Below are positions 18,566 to 27,954 of a stretch of DNA of 64,000 nt, in pieces; the first letter of the stretch is position 1, and each line of letters begins with the position of its first letter. The stretch is from Syntrophorhabdus sp. PtaB.Bin047 (lineage in GTDB: Bacteria > Desulfobacterota > Syntrophorhabdia > Syntrophorhabdales > Syntrophorhabdaceae): the NCBI GenBank assembly GCA_002067235.1, contig MVQP01000006.1, positions 70 through 64,069 on the forward strand. The letters run 5' to 3'. A program made the position numbers and the translations under genes. The notes under the pieces were generated by a model. It was not told where the DNA came from, did no database searches, and was given only the letters and a program-made list of their open reading frames with translations.

Positions 18566-18967
18566 CTAGAAATAGAACTTCAGGAGAGGCAGGGCCTTGT
18601 TCGAATTGTATTCTTCCTTGCTGATCTTCGAGTCCCGGTTGAAATCGATCTGGTCACGCCTTCGGATCGCGGCCTTGTAGAATTCGTCGGCATTGACAAA
18701 GCCATCGCTGTTCCTGTCCATGAATTTGAACTCTTTCACGGCGTCGGGGTGTCCTTTTGCCGCGAACTCATTCATGTCAATCCTTCCGTCATTGTTCCTG
18801 TCGTACTCCTTGAATTTCGATCTCACCGCGGAATCAAATTCATCGGTGCTGATCACGCCGTTGGTGTCCTTGTCTGTCTTGCTGAAGGCATCGGGACCGG
18901 CATACACGTTCCACGCAAGGAACACCACAGCGGCAAAGGACAGTATCAATATGATGGTCTTTCTCAT
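18566..18967 (-). CDS. secreted EF-hand calcium-binding protein (four EF loops)
   Basis: Signal peptide 'MRKTIILILSFAAVVFLAWNVYA'. Loops: 'DKDTNGVISTDEF', 'DRNNDGRIDMNEF', 'DRNSDGFVNADEF', 'DFNRDSKISKEEY'. Confidence 0.8.
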   Translation of the reverse strand: MRKTIILILSFAAVVFLAWNVYAGPDAFSKTDKDTNGVISTDEFDSAVRSKFKEYDRNNDGRIDMNEFAAKGHPDAVKEFKFMDRNSDGFVNADEFYKAAIRRRDQIDFNRDSKISKEEYNSNKALPLLKFYF

Positions 18968-19090
18968 ACAGCCTCCCTGACTTTATTGTAAATAACCCGC
19001 CGGGACGGGAAAATGCAAAGGAAAAAGAAGAAAAGGGGTACGATTATGTGCTATTATTAATCCCAAAAAATCTATCGTACAGAGGGACAC

Positions 19091-20461
19091 GTGGATAGCA
19101 AGATCATTGATGAGATACGGGAGATCGTCGGAAAAGAGAATGCAATGGACTCCCTGGAGGAGCGGCAGTGCTATTCATATGATGCAAGGACCGACGGCAT
19201 AGTACCCGACCTCGTCGTGTTCCCTTCCTCCGCGGAAGAGGTTTCCCGTATCATGAAGCTTGCGAACCGCCATGGTTTTCCCGTTATCCCGAGGGGGCAG
19301 GGCACGGGGCTGACGGGCGGGTCGATACCGGTCGTGGAGGGTGTTGTTCTCGTTTTTACGCGAATGAACCGCATTCTCGAGATAGACACGGAGAACCTCA
19401 TAGCGGTCGTGGAGCCCGGGGTGATCACCTTCAACCTTCAGCAGGAAGCAGCGAAGCAGGGTCTTTTCTATCCACCCGATCCTGCGTCGTACAAATACTC
19501 AAGCATGGGCGGGAATGTTGCCGAATGTGCGGGCGGGCCCAATTCACTGAAATATGGTGTGACACGGGACTACGTCATAGGCCTTGAAGTGGTGACGGCG
19601 ACGGGAGAGATCCTTAACACAGGTGTCCGAACGATGAAGGGGGTCGTGGGCTATGACCTCACGCGTCTTATCGTGGGGAGCGAAGGCACCCTGGGACTCG
19701 TCACGAAGATCACGGTGAAGCTCATACCATTGCCCGAGGCGAAGGCGACGATCCTTGCCCTCTTCAACGAGGTCGAAGATGCCGCGCGGGCCGTTTCGGC
19801 CATCATTGCAGCCAAGGTCATCCCATCCACGATAGAGTTCATGGACAGGGCATCCATCCGGTGCAGCGAAAAGGCCTCTCCCATGGGCATACCTGAAGAG
19901 ATCGGGGGCCTCCTCCTTATTGAAGTTGACGGCAACGAGGAGGCGGTGGCTCCGCAGGTGGGAAAAGTGAAGGACATCCTCGTCGCCCGCAAGGTCGTCC
20001 GATGTGATGTGACCCGGGATCCGGTGGAGGCTGACAGACTATGGCAGGCGAGGCGCGTCCTCTCGCAGGCCACGTACAACCTGAACCCTGTGAAGATAGC
20101 GGAGGACGTTGTGGTGCCCAGGTCCCACATTCCCACATTGATCCGGTCGTTGGAAGCGCTTGAAAAGAAATATGGCATCCCTATCCTGAGCTTCGGCCAC
20201 GCAGGGGACGGCAATTTCCATGTGAGTATCATGATAAAGGACACGCCCGAAGACCGCCACAAGGCGGAAGAGGCGGTCAGGGACATCTTCGCCGAGACCG
20301 TCCGCCTCGGCGGCACGCTCTCAGGAGAACACGGGATCGGCACATCGAAAGCGGCCTACCTCGACATGGAACTCTCACCGCAGGTCATAGCCGCCATGAA
20401 GTCGATAAAAACCCTCTTCGACCCCAACAACATCCTGAATCCGGGGAAGATATTCAGATGA
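19091..20461 (+). CDS. FAD-linked oxidase (GlcD / D-lactate dehydrogenase family)
   Basis: 456 aa with GTG start. FAD-binding 'PRGQGTGLTGGS' and C-terminal 'SGEHGIG'. Confidence 0.85.
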   Translation: MDSKIIDEIREIVGKENAMDSLEERQCYSYDARTDGIVPDLVVFPSSAEEVSRIMKLANRHGFPVIPRGQGTGLTGGSIPVVEGVVLVFTRMNRILEIDTENLIAVVEPGVITFNLQQEAAKQGLFYPPDPASYKYSSMGGNVAECAGGPNSLKYGVTRDYVIGLEVVTATGEILNTGVRTMKGVVGYDLTRLIVGSEGTLGLVTKITVKLIPLPEAKATILALFNEVEDAARAVSAIIAAKVIPSTIEFMDRASIRCSEKASPMGIPEEIGGLLLIEVDGNEEAVAPQVGKVKDILVARKVVRCDVTRDPVEADRLWQARRVLSQATYNLNPVKIAEDVVVPRSHIPTLIRSLEALEKKYGIPILSFGHAGDGNFHVSIMIKDTPEDRHKAEEAVRDIFAETVRLGGTLSGEHGIGTSKAAYLDMELSPQVIAAMKSIKTLFDPNNILNPGKIFR

Positions 20462-20463
20462 GA

Positions 20464-20556
20464 CAGGTAATAGGTAATAGGTAATAGGTGATGGGTGATA
20501 GGTGATAGGGGAATCAAGTCTTTCCCATTACCCATAACCCATTACCCATAACCTAT
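20464..20556. repeat. GGTNATR-heptamer palindromic element (long copy) filling a convergent intergenic region
   Basis: Left arm has 6 phased heptamers (GGTAATA x3, GGTGATG, GGTGATA x2; 20466-20507). Loop approx. 20511-20523. Right arm has 4 phased CCCATWA heptamers plus CCTATC (20524-20556). Confidence 0.85.
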
Positions 20557-20561
20557 CTTCT

Positions 20562-20981
20562 CTATATGGATTTCTCCCAGCCCTGGCCGAAGTCGGCGAG
20601 AGGTCTCACCGCCGTCACTTCGAAGGTCACTGCCGCGTAGACCATTTTTGCCGCGGCTTCTCCCGCCTTTTCGACGAGTTGTTTTCTCATCGTGTCGACG
20701 GTATCGCCCGACGTCTGGCATTCCGTCATCCTGAGGTACATTCTTACACCTTTCCAGTCAGGCAGGGACTTGCCTGGCTCCATGATCAGGTAGCAGGCGT
20801 TGGGGTTTTCCTGGAGGTTGGCAAGGGTTCTGTTGTTGCCCAGGGCCATGATGATGGTCTTCTCATCGACCATGCGGGGTGAACCGAAATAACCCGAGTT
20901 GACTTCACCGGCCTTGGTGGCCGTGCTGAGAACACCCAGGCGGGGTTGCTTGTTGAAGAACTCCATAAGACTTTTTGCCAT
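20562..20981 (-). CDS. pyridoxamine 5'-phosphate oxidase-like FMN-binding (split-barrel) protein
   Basis: 'LGVLSTATKAGEVNSGYFGS' and 'NPNACYLI' fit the PNPOx-like family. Start chosen at 'MAKSLMEFF'. Confidence 0.65.
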   Translation of the reverse strand: MAKSLMEFFNKQPRLGVLSTATKAGEVNSGYFGSPRMVDEKTIIMALGNNRTLANLQENPNACYLIMEPGKSLPDWKGVRMYLRMTECQTSGDTVDTMRKQLVEKAGEAAAKMVYAAVTFEVTAVRPLADFGQGWEKSI

Positions 20982-21079
20982 GTTGCGCCTCCTCATCATC
21001 TAACGTTCTTGGGTTGTGGGGACTATTATAGCAGAAGCGGGGGGCAAGAAGACAGTTTCATCTGGAGATCTCTTCCGGG

Positions 21080-21733
21080 CTATTCTTCGTCCGGTTCGGG
21101 GAGGACTTCGGATATCTGGCGGTACTCGCTCATGACCTTCCTCGTGAAGGAGGTGGTCCTGGCCTTTTCCTCGCTGGCGGGTTTCTTCACTTTCCCGGGG
21201 CCGGCGTTGTACGCGTGGAGGGCGGATACGATGTTGTCGAACATGTCGCGCAACTTGGACAGATAGCTCACACCGATCTTGATGTTCTTTTCAGGCTCGT
21301 GCAGGCACCTGGCCCCCTTGACCTCGACCCCCGATTCCCGGGCTATGATGCGGGCGGAAGAGGGGTTGATCTGCATGAGACCGCGGGCACCCCGCCTGGA
21401 GACGGCGTCGTTCCTGAAGTTGCTCTCAACCTTCATGATGGCGAGGATAAGGCGGTAGTCGAGGTCATACTTCTTTGATTCTTCATACACGCTGTTGGCG
21501 ATGACCTGTATTTTGTCATCCGGCACGCCCGGTTTGCGTTCCTTGAGAAAGCTGATGGTCTTCTCTATGATCGCAGATCTCTCCGCCCCTTCGTCCTCCA
21601 GGATTATGCCCGTTGACGAGAAGGTGTTGGTCGCGAAGAGCGTCGCGACAAAGAACATCGTTATAAGAATGATATGTGATCGCTTACGGGAGCGCATGGG
21701 GGTGTTATAGCCCATGTCGGGACGGGATGTCAA
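21080..21733 (-). CDS. lytic transglycosylase (SLT domain)
   Basis: 'AIMKVESNFRNDAVSRRGARGLMQI' and 'AYNAGPG' motifs. N-terminal signal/anchor; exact start uncertain. Confidence 0.85.
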   Translation of the reverse strand: MTSRPDMGYNTPMRSRKRSHIILITMFFVATLFATNTFSSTGIILEDEGAERSAIIEKTISFLKERKPGVPDDKIQVIANSVYEESKKYDLDYRLILAIMKVESNFRNDAVSRRGARGLMQINPSSARIIARESGVEVKGARCLHEPEKNIKIGVSYLSKLRDMFDNIVSALHAYNAGPGKVKKPASEEKARTTSFTRKVMSEYRQISEVLPEPDEE

Positions 21734-21831
21734 CTCATTTTGTGCTCAATGTGTTGTCTAATGAAGCGAAATGATTGACTGATTGCAATAAAATGCATAC
21801 GCGTTGATCTGCACGCTTTTCGAAGACGGCT

Positions 21832-22911
21832 ATGCGTCCGATGTTTGACATGGACCCGGTGATTTGTTACAGATGTTGGATGACAGGGGTGCTATCCTTC
21901 GAGACCGGTTTGGCGACAACAGCGATGGGGATTCTGCCTCATGAAGATGCCGGTGAGGCCCTCGAGCTTGCTCTGTCCCTCGACATCCCTTTCTGGCCGC
22001 AGCTCCCGAAGGTGTCTTTCTACGAAGATATGTACGTCCAGGCATTGGAGAGGTTCCCGGGGGTCATCTTCGACGAGCGGGCGGCCAGATGCTACATCGA
22101 TACCGCGCGATTCTACGGGGAACTGGATGATTTCTTCGCCCACGAGGAGGACATCGGGCATTTCGCGCTCTCCGACAGTCATTCGCTCGTGTACCGTCGG
22201 TTCCTCAACCGCGATCTTTCGCAGTTTATGGCCGTCCACGGGCAGGTCATAAGCCCGGTCAGCCTTGCGCTGAAGATTGTGGATGAGAATGGGATGCCGA
22301 TAGTTTATAATGATGACATACGTACCGTCGCGTTCTCGTTCATCCAGAAAAGGCTCAATGCCCAGTACAGGGAACTTGCGGCGAGGAACGGGCATGCCTT
22401 TGTCTGGATCGATGACCCCGGTCTGGAGTTTGTCTTTAATGCCATGAGCGGTTATGACCATGTCAAGGCGCGGGATGAGATGTATGAGTTCTACGAAGGC
22501 GTGGAGGGCCCCCGGGGTCTTCATCTGTGTGGTAATCCCGATTGGGACTTCCTTCTTTCTCTCAACATCGGTATCATTTCGCTGAATGCCTACGGTTTTG
22601 GTGATATTTTCGTCAATTACGACAGAGTGAAGGAGTTTATAAGGGGGGGCGGGACGATAAGCTGGGGCATCGTGCCGACGTACACGGAGGAGTTCGCGGG
22701 AGAGGGTGTCGTGACCATGGCGGAAAGGCTTGTGACGATGTGGAAGCCATTGACAAAAAAAGGACTCATGCCGTCGGAGATTGCCGCGAGGAGTCTCCTG
22801 GCGCCGGCGACATGCAACCTCCTGAACCCCGACCGAACCGAGACAGTCGAAGGGGCCTTTCGTCTCCTCGGTGAGCTGTCCGACCGCCTGAAGGAAAGGT
22901 ATATCCCATGA
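21832..22911 (+). CDS. hypothetical protein, possibly a URO-D/MetE-like TIM-barrel family member
   Basis: 359-aa ORF with ATGA overlap to nadK. The family assignment is only a weak impression and the start is uncertain (alternative ATG 21880). Confidence 0.4.
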   Translation: MRPMFDMDPVICYRCWMTGVLSFETGLATTAMGILPHEDAGEALELALSLDIPFWPQLPKVSFYEDMYVQALERFPGVIFDERAARCYIDTARFYGELDDFFAHEEDIGHFALSDSHSLVYRRFLNRDLSQFMAVHGQVISPVSLALKIVDENGMPIVYNDDIRTVAFSFIQKRLNAQYRELAARNGHAFVWIDDPGLEFVFNAMSGYDHVKARDEMYEFYEGVEGPRGLHLCGNPDWDFLLSLNIGIISLNAYGFGDIFVNYDRVKEFIRGGGTISWGIVPTYTEEFAGEGVVTMAERLVTMWKPLTKKGLMPSEIAARSLLAPATCNLLNPDRTETVEGAFRLLGELSDRLKERYIP

Positions 22912-23759
22912 AAACGATCCATATCGTCTGCAAACGTGAGAAGAAGGACGCCCTGGAGATCGCGCGCGAGATCATAGAGCGTTTCGGCGGGAGGAGCAGT
23001 ATTGCGGTCGAGGAAGGAGCGGCCGGGCAGATGGGATATGGAGCCACCTTCGAGATGGAACACGTCGGCGAGGGGGCCGACCTCATTGTGGTCCTCGGGG
23101 GGGACGGCACCCTCCTTTCCGTATCACGCCACGGCAAAGGCTCCGAGGTTCCCATCATAGGGGTCAATCTCGGAAGCCTCGGTTTTCTCACGGAGACGTC
23201 GACGGAGGAGTTCACTGTCACGCTCGACAAGGTCCTGAAGGGAGATTTCAGTATTTCGAAGAGGATAATGCTCGATGTGAGGGTCAACCGGGAAGGCGAC
23301 CCCATCTTCGATATCACCATCCTCAACGATGCCGTCATCACCAAGGACGCGCTGGCCAGGATCATTGACATAGAGACGTACGTGAACGAGGAATACCTGA
23401 CGACGTACAAGGCAGACGGTCTCATAGTGTCGACGCCAACGGGGGCTACGGGCTACTCCATGGCTGCCGGGGGGCCTCTCATCTATCCATCGCTGACGAA
23501 CCTCATCGTCACTCCCATCTGCCCCCACACGCTGACGAACCGGCCCATAATCCTGCCGGAATCCGTCGTGATACGGGCGGTGCTGAAATCGGAGGATGAA
23601 AAGGTCATATTGACCCTCGATGGCCAGGTCGGTTTCCCGCTCGAGTATGCCGATGAGGTCACGGTCAAGAAGTCGAGCCATGCCGTGCACCTTGTGAAGT
23701 CCTCCTCGCGGGGCTACTTCGAGATATTGAGGACGAAGCTGAAATGGGGTGAACGGTAG
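22908..23759 (+). CDS. nadK: NAD kinase
   Basis: 'VVLGGDGTLL', 'NLGSLGFL', 'ADGLIVSTPTGATGYS'. Confidence 0.9.
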   Translation: MKTIHIVCKREKKDALEIAREIIERFGGRSSIAVEEGAAGQMGYGATFEMEHVGEGADLIVVLGGDGTLLSVSRHGKGSEVPIIGVNLGSLGFLTETSTEEFTVTLDKVLKGDFSISKRIMLDVRVNREGDPIFDITILNDAVITKDALARIIDIETYVNEEYLTTYKADGLIVSTPTGATGYSMAAGGPLIYPSLTNLIVTPICPHTLTNRPIILPESVVIRAVLKSEDEKVILTLDGQVGFPLEYADEVTVKKSSHAVHLVKSSSRGYFEILRTKLKWGER

Positions 23760-23762
23760 AGG

Positions 23763-25364
23763 ATGCTGACCTATCTGGGCGTCAAGGGCTTTGCCATCAT
23801 AGACGAGCTCAGGATCGAGTTTGGGGAGGGGTTCAACGTCATAACGGGCGAGACCGGAGCGGGCAAATCCATCGTCATCAACGCACTTGCCACGCTCATG
23901 AACGCGAAGTCGGCTCCCGACGCCGTCAGGTCCAGTTCCACTCAAGCCGAGGTGGTTGGCCACTTTATGAGCGGCGACGAAGAATACATCTTGAAAAGGG
24001 TCATCGGGAATTCCGGCAGGTCGCGGGCGTTCCTGAACGAGGAGCCCATAACCCTTGCCCGGATGGAGGCATTGGGGGGAACCCTCATAAGCGTCTACGG
24101 TCAGAACGAGTTCCAGCACCTCCTGGAGAAGGAGAACTATCCCGGGATCGTGGACAACCTTCTTGGCCTTGGCGATGAACGGGAAAGGCTTTCCGAAAGG
24201 GTGGAGGAACTGCGGAAGGTAAATGCGGAGCTTGGCGCCAGGAAGAGGGAGGCCGAGGGAAAAGACAGGGAGATGGAACTTCTCGAATTCCAGGTGGAGG
24301 AGATAGAGAAGAAGGGCATCGGCGAGAACGAGGAAGAGGCGCTCAAAGACCGGCTCAAGGTGCTCAAGGGGGCCGAAAAGATCGGGAAAGTCTTCGAAGA
24401 GATGACGGAGGGTCTTCAGGGGTCCGAGCAGTCGGCGCAGGCCCTGCTCAAGCGATACTCGGCGATGCTCAGGGCCCTTGGCCCCATCGAGGCCATGGAG
24501 GCAATGAAGAAGAGGGTGGACGGCATATCCTACGAGATCGAAGACCTGCTTCTGGAGATTCACGGGATGGAGAGAACGCTTCTCTTCGACGAAGAGGAGA
24601 TGATGCGCGTCGAGGACCGGTTGTCGGAGATATTCAGGCTCAAGGACAAGTACGGGAACAGCCAGGGGGAGATAGAGGCCTTCCGCCTGAGAGCGAAAGA
24701 GAGGCTTACCTATCTGACGGGGCTCACGGGGGATATCGATGCCCTCGAGAAGGGCAGGGAGCGCCTCGCGGCAGAGGTTGAGGAGATGTCTTCGGCCCTG
24801 TCAGCGAAACGCAGGAAGGGTGCACCCGGTATCGAAAGGACGATCGTTGAGGAATTGGGGTTCCTGTCCATGAAAGGACTCCAATTCCAGGTTCTCATAA
24901 CGGACAGGGGACATGTCGAACGGGACGGGCGGGACGACATCGAACTTCTCATCTCGACAAACCCCGGCGAGCCCCTGAAGCCTCTGCGGAAGATAGCCTC
25001 CGGTGGGGAGCTATCGAGGATCATGCTCGCCATCAAAAAGGTCATCGGGGGAGAGGAAGAGAAGGCCCTCATCTTCGACGAGGTGGACGCCGGCATCGGC
25101 GGGCGGGTGGCGGACATGGTCGGACGGAGACTCAAGGACCTCTCTGCGAGGCACCAGGTTCTCTGCATAACGCACCTTCCCCAGATAGCGGCCTACGGAG
25201 ACAGGCATTTTCTTGTGGAGAAGCAGGTGAAGGGCGGCCGGACGACAACGGCCATACGGGAGCTGGCAGCCGAGGAACGGGTGCAGGAACTGGCAAGGAT
25301 GCTCGGGGGGGCCACCATAACGGAGACAACGATAAAGAGAGCTCGGGAGATGCTTCAATCATGA
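23763..25364 (+). CDS. recN: DNA repair protein RecN
   Basis: Walker A 'ITGETGAGKSI', long coiled-coil middle, 'SGGELSRIMLA' signature, 'LIFDEVDAGIGG' Walker B. Conserved nadK-recN adjacency. Confidence 0.9.
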   Translation: MLTYLGVKGFAIIDELRIEFGEGFNVITGETGAGKSIVINALATLMNAKSAPDAVRSSSTQAEVVGHFMSGDEEYILKRVIGNSGRSRAFLNEEPITLARMEALGGTLISVYGQNEFQHLLEKENYPGIVDNLLGLGDERERLSERVEELRKVNAELGARKREAEGKDREMELLEFQVEEIEKKGIGENEEEALKDRLKVLKGAEKIGKVFEEMTEGLQGSEQSAQALLKRYSAMLRALGPIEAMEAMKKRVDGISYEIEDLLLEIHGMERTLLFDEEEMMRVEDRLSEIFRLKDKYGNSQGEIEAFRLRAKERLTYLTGLTGDIDALEKGRERLAAEVEEMSSALSAKRRKGAPGIERTIVEELGFLSMKGLQFQVLITDRGHVERDGRDDIELLISTNPGEPLKPLRKIASGGELSRIMLAIKKVIGGEEEKALIFDEVDAGIGGRVADMVGRRLKDLSARHQVLCITHLPQIAAYGDRHFLVEKQVKGGRTTTAIRELAAEERVQELARMLGGATITETTIKRAREMLQS

Positions 25365-25810
25365 TCAGAAAAGCGAGAGTGGAAGACGTAAAGAAGATAC
25401 ACCAGTTGATCAATCAGTCCGCGTCACGGGGTGAGATGCTGCCGAGGTCCCTCGGGGAGCTCTACGACAACCTGCGCGACTATTTTGTCCACATCCATGA
25501 CGGTGTCGTTACGGGGACGGGCGCCCTGCACATCTGCTGGGAGAATCTCGCCGAGGTCCGCTCGTTGTGCGTTGGCGAGGCCACCCGCGGAAGGGGCGTC
25601 GGAAGGGCGCTCGTCGAGGCCTGCGTGGAGGAGGCGAAGGTCTACGACATACACAAGCTCTTTCTCCTTACCTACCAGGTGGAATTCTTCGAGAAGTGCG
25701 GTTTTGCCGTTACCGACAAGAAGGTCTTCCCCCAGAAGATCTGGTCCGACTGTATCAAGTGCGCCAAGTTCCCGGAATGCGACGAAACGGCGATGATAAG
25801 GGAAATATGA
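25361..25810 (+). CDS. GNAT N-acetyltransferase (short ArgA-like type)
   Basis: 149 aa. 'RGRGVGRALVE' acetyl-CoA site; C-terminal 'CIKCAKFPECDE'. Confidence 0.8.
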   Translation: MIRKARVEDVKKIHQLINQSASRGEMLPRSLGELYDNLRDYFVHIHDGVVTGTGALHICWENLAEVRSLCVGEATRGRGVGRALVEACVEEAKVYDIHKLFLLTYQVEFFEKCGFAVTDKKVFPQKIWSDCIKCAKFPECDETAMIREI

Positions 25811-25843
25811 GAGACGGCGGGTTTTGCAATATGGCTGTTAATA

Positions 25844-26173
25844 ATGTATATAACTAGCAGGATTATGATAATGGAAGACCTTACCTTGAAGAGCCTTGTC
25901 GATTATCTGCAGAGAAACAAGCAGTATTTGAGGGACAGGTTTGGGGTGACCCGCATCGGAGTTTTTGGCAGCTTGGTCGCGGGCGGTTTCACCCCTTCCA
26001 GTGACATCGATGTTGTTGTGGAGATGGAAGAGGAGAGAAAGAACCTTCATAGCTTTCTTCAACTCAAGAGATATCTGGAGGGGGAGACCTCAAGGAAAGT
26101 GGACCTTGGTTTTGAACATGCTCTGAAGCCTGCGGTTAGAGAAGCGATACGGAAACGTATTATATATGTCTAA
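25844..26173 (+). CDS. MNT-type nucleotidyltransferase antitoxin
   Basis: 'GVFGSLVAGGFTPSSDIDVVVE' (GSx10DxD). Alternative starts at 25865 and 25871. Confidence 0.8.
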   Translation: MYITSRIMIMEDLTLKSLVDYLQRNKQYLRDRFGVTRIGVFGSLVAGGFTPSSDIDVVVEMEEERKNLHSFLQLKRYLEGETSRKVDLGFEHALKPAVREAIRKRIIYV

Positions 26174-26510
26174 GAGGAACCTGGCCCTCTATCTTGCGGA
26201 CATTCTGGAATCAGGCAACGCGATCTTTCAGTTCATTGCCGGAATGACCTTCGAAGAGTTTCGAAATGATCGAAAGACCTGCTCGGCCGTTATAAGAGAG
26301 TTTGAGATCATCGGCGAAGCAGTGGGAAAACTCCCTGATGATGCTAAAGAGAAATATCATCATGTTGAGTGGCAGGACATAAAGGATTTCAGAAATCTGC
26401 TCGTGCATGAGTATTTCGGTGTTGATCTGGAGATTGTCTGGAAGGTTATTCGCGATGATCTTCCGGGGCTGCTGAAGAGTGTCGAGCAGATGATGCGAGA
26501 GAGCGGATAG
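26166..26510 (+). CDS. HepT (DUF86) toxin, HEPN fold
   Basis: 'RNLLVHEYFGVD' (Rx4HxY HEPN motif). 8-nt overlap with the MNT gene. Confidence 0.85.
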   Translation: MSKRNLALYLADILESGNAIFQFIAGMTFEEFRNDRKTCSAVIREFEIIGEAVGKLPDDAKEKYHHVEWQDIKDFRNLLVHEYFGVDLEIVWKVIRDDLPGLLKSVEQMMRESG

Positions 26511-26570
26511 TTCATTGAGTTATTCAATCCGCAGGGCCACCCAGAGATACCCGGTATACGAGAGGAAGAG

Positions 26571-27866
26571 ATGAAGAACATACTCGATAGGGTGGGCGGT
26601 TATTTCGATCATTGTGAGGTTTTCTATCTCAATGAGAAGGGAAGGAAGATCGAGGCCAGGGACGAGGAGATCTGTGCTGCCGAGTTCAAGGAAGAGGAGG
26701 GATACGCCCTGCGTGTCATAAAGGACGGGAGACCGGCCTTTGCCTATACGTATGACCGTACGGACCCGGCCGGCAAACTCATCACGAATGTGGAAGCCCT
26801 GCTCCCCGTTGTGGAGAAGGATGAATATGGTGTTTTCGCTCCCGCCTGCGGGGGATATCCTGTCGCCCCGCTGTACGATGCGGCCGGGATGGCCGTCGGT
26901 GATGATGAGAAGAGATCGATGCTCATGACCATGGAAAAGACCATCAGGGAGCACGACAGCAGGATAACGGCCGTCAGGAACTGCGAATTCCATGAGGTGG
27001 AACTCGAGGCCGCCCTGGGGAATTCGAACGGTGTTCTCGTTGAGGGCAGGAAGACCCTTTTTGTCTGGTCGGCAATGGCCGTGGCAGGGCAGGGTGATGA
27101 CGAGGTTTCCTGGTATGACTGGCGCTGGTCCGACGACCTCACGGGCGTTGACCCGGTCCGGATGGGCCTCGACATAGCGGAAAAGGTTGTCTCCATGCTG
27201 TCGGCCAGGCAGATACCCACGGGCACGTATGAAGGGATACTGACGCCCCGGGCGGCGTCGGATCTGCTCGGCATCCTGTCGGAGTCTTTTCTCGCGGAGA
27301 ACCTGTACAAGGACAAGACGCAGTTGAAGGGAAAGGAAGGTGCGCAGTGCTTCGCGAAAGGGCTTAAGATAGTGGATTCGGGGATGGCCGGACCAGATGC
27401 CTTCGCCTTCGACGGAGAAGGTGCGCCTTCCCTTAAGAATACCGTTGTGGATGACGGGGTATTTCAGACCTTCCTGTACGATACGTATTTCGGGAAAAAG
27501 CTGGGAAAGGACTCGACCGGCAATAGTGTGAGGAGCGGACTCAAGAGCCCGCCGAAATGCGGGGTCCGGGGCATGTATGTCGAAAAAGGCGCGAGAGACA
27601 TACTGGCGCCGCCAAGTAACGGCATCGTGATAGAAGACCTCATGGGAACCCACACTGCCAACACCGTCACGGGGGATTTCTCGCTGGGCTGTCTGGGTTA
27701 CATTTACAAAAATGGTGTGAAGGAACCCTTTCAGGGCGTCATGTTCTCGGGAAACGTCTTCGATATTTTCAGGAACGTCAAGGAAACAGGCATCGACCTC
27801 ACCTTTTACGGCCCCGTCGGTTCACCATCGATCTACGTGGAGGGATTGAAGATAAGCGGAACGTAA
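26571..27866 (+). CDS. PmbA/TldD-family metalloprotease
   Basis: 431 aa. The C-terminal 'TGDFS...G..I.NG' region is typical of the family. Confidence 0.8.
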   Translation: MKNILDRVGGYFDHCEVFYLNEKGRKIEARDEEICAAEFKEEEGYALRVIKDGRPAFAYTYDRTDPAGKLITNVEALLPVVEKDEYGVFAPACGGYPVAPLYDAAGMAVGDDEKRSMLMTMEKTIREHDSRITAVRNCEFHEVELEAALGNSNGVLVEGRKTLFVWSAMAVAGQGDDEVSWYDWRWSDDLTGVDPVRMGLDIAEKVVSMLSARQIPTGTYEGILTPRAASDLLGILSESFLAENLYKDKTQLKGKEGAQCFAKGLKIVDSGMAGPDAFAFDGEGAPSLKNTVVDDGVFQTFLYDTYFGKKLGKDSTGNSVRSGLKSPPKCGVRGMYVEKGARDILAPPSNGIVIEDLMGTHTANTVTGDFSLGCLGYIYKNGVKEPFQGVMFSGNVFDIFRNVKETGIDLTFYGPVGSPSIYVEGLKISGT

Positions 27867-27872
27867 GAGGAC

Positions 27873-27947
27873 AGGTCATGGGTGATGGGTTATAGGGAAT
27901 GGGGAAGGCTTCCATCACCTATAAGGCATCACCCATGACCCATGACC
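27873..27947. repeat. GGTNATR-heptamer palindromic element (third copy), probable terminator
   Basis: Left arm GGTCATG GGTGATG GGTTATA GGG (27874-27897). Right arm CCATCACCTATAAGGCATCACCCATGACCCATGACC (27912-27947). Starts 7 nt after the stop at 27866. Confidence 0.8.
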
Positions 27948-27954
27948 CGCATGT

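Noticed and set aside
20464-20556. Heptamer repeat region considered as a CRISPR array or a microsatellite
   Set aside because: The repeat unit is only 7 nt and there are no spacers. The two halves are reverse complements of each other, so this is a palindromic REP-like element rather than a CRISPR array. No cas genes are in the window.
23124-24563. 479-aa ORF antisense to recN
   Set aside because: It fully overlaps a gene with clear RecN motifs. Its composition (Leu/Pro/Arg/Gly-rich, low complexity) is typical of antisense frames in GC-rich DNA, and I see no recognisable domain.
26520-27653. 377-aa ORF antisense to the PmbA/TldD-like gene
   Set aside because: Same reasoning: an antisense shadow ORF with no motifs, while the plus-strand frame has clear family features.
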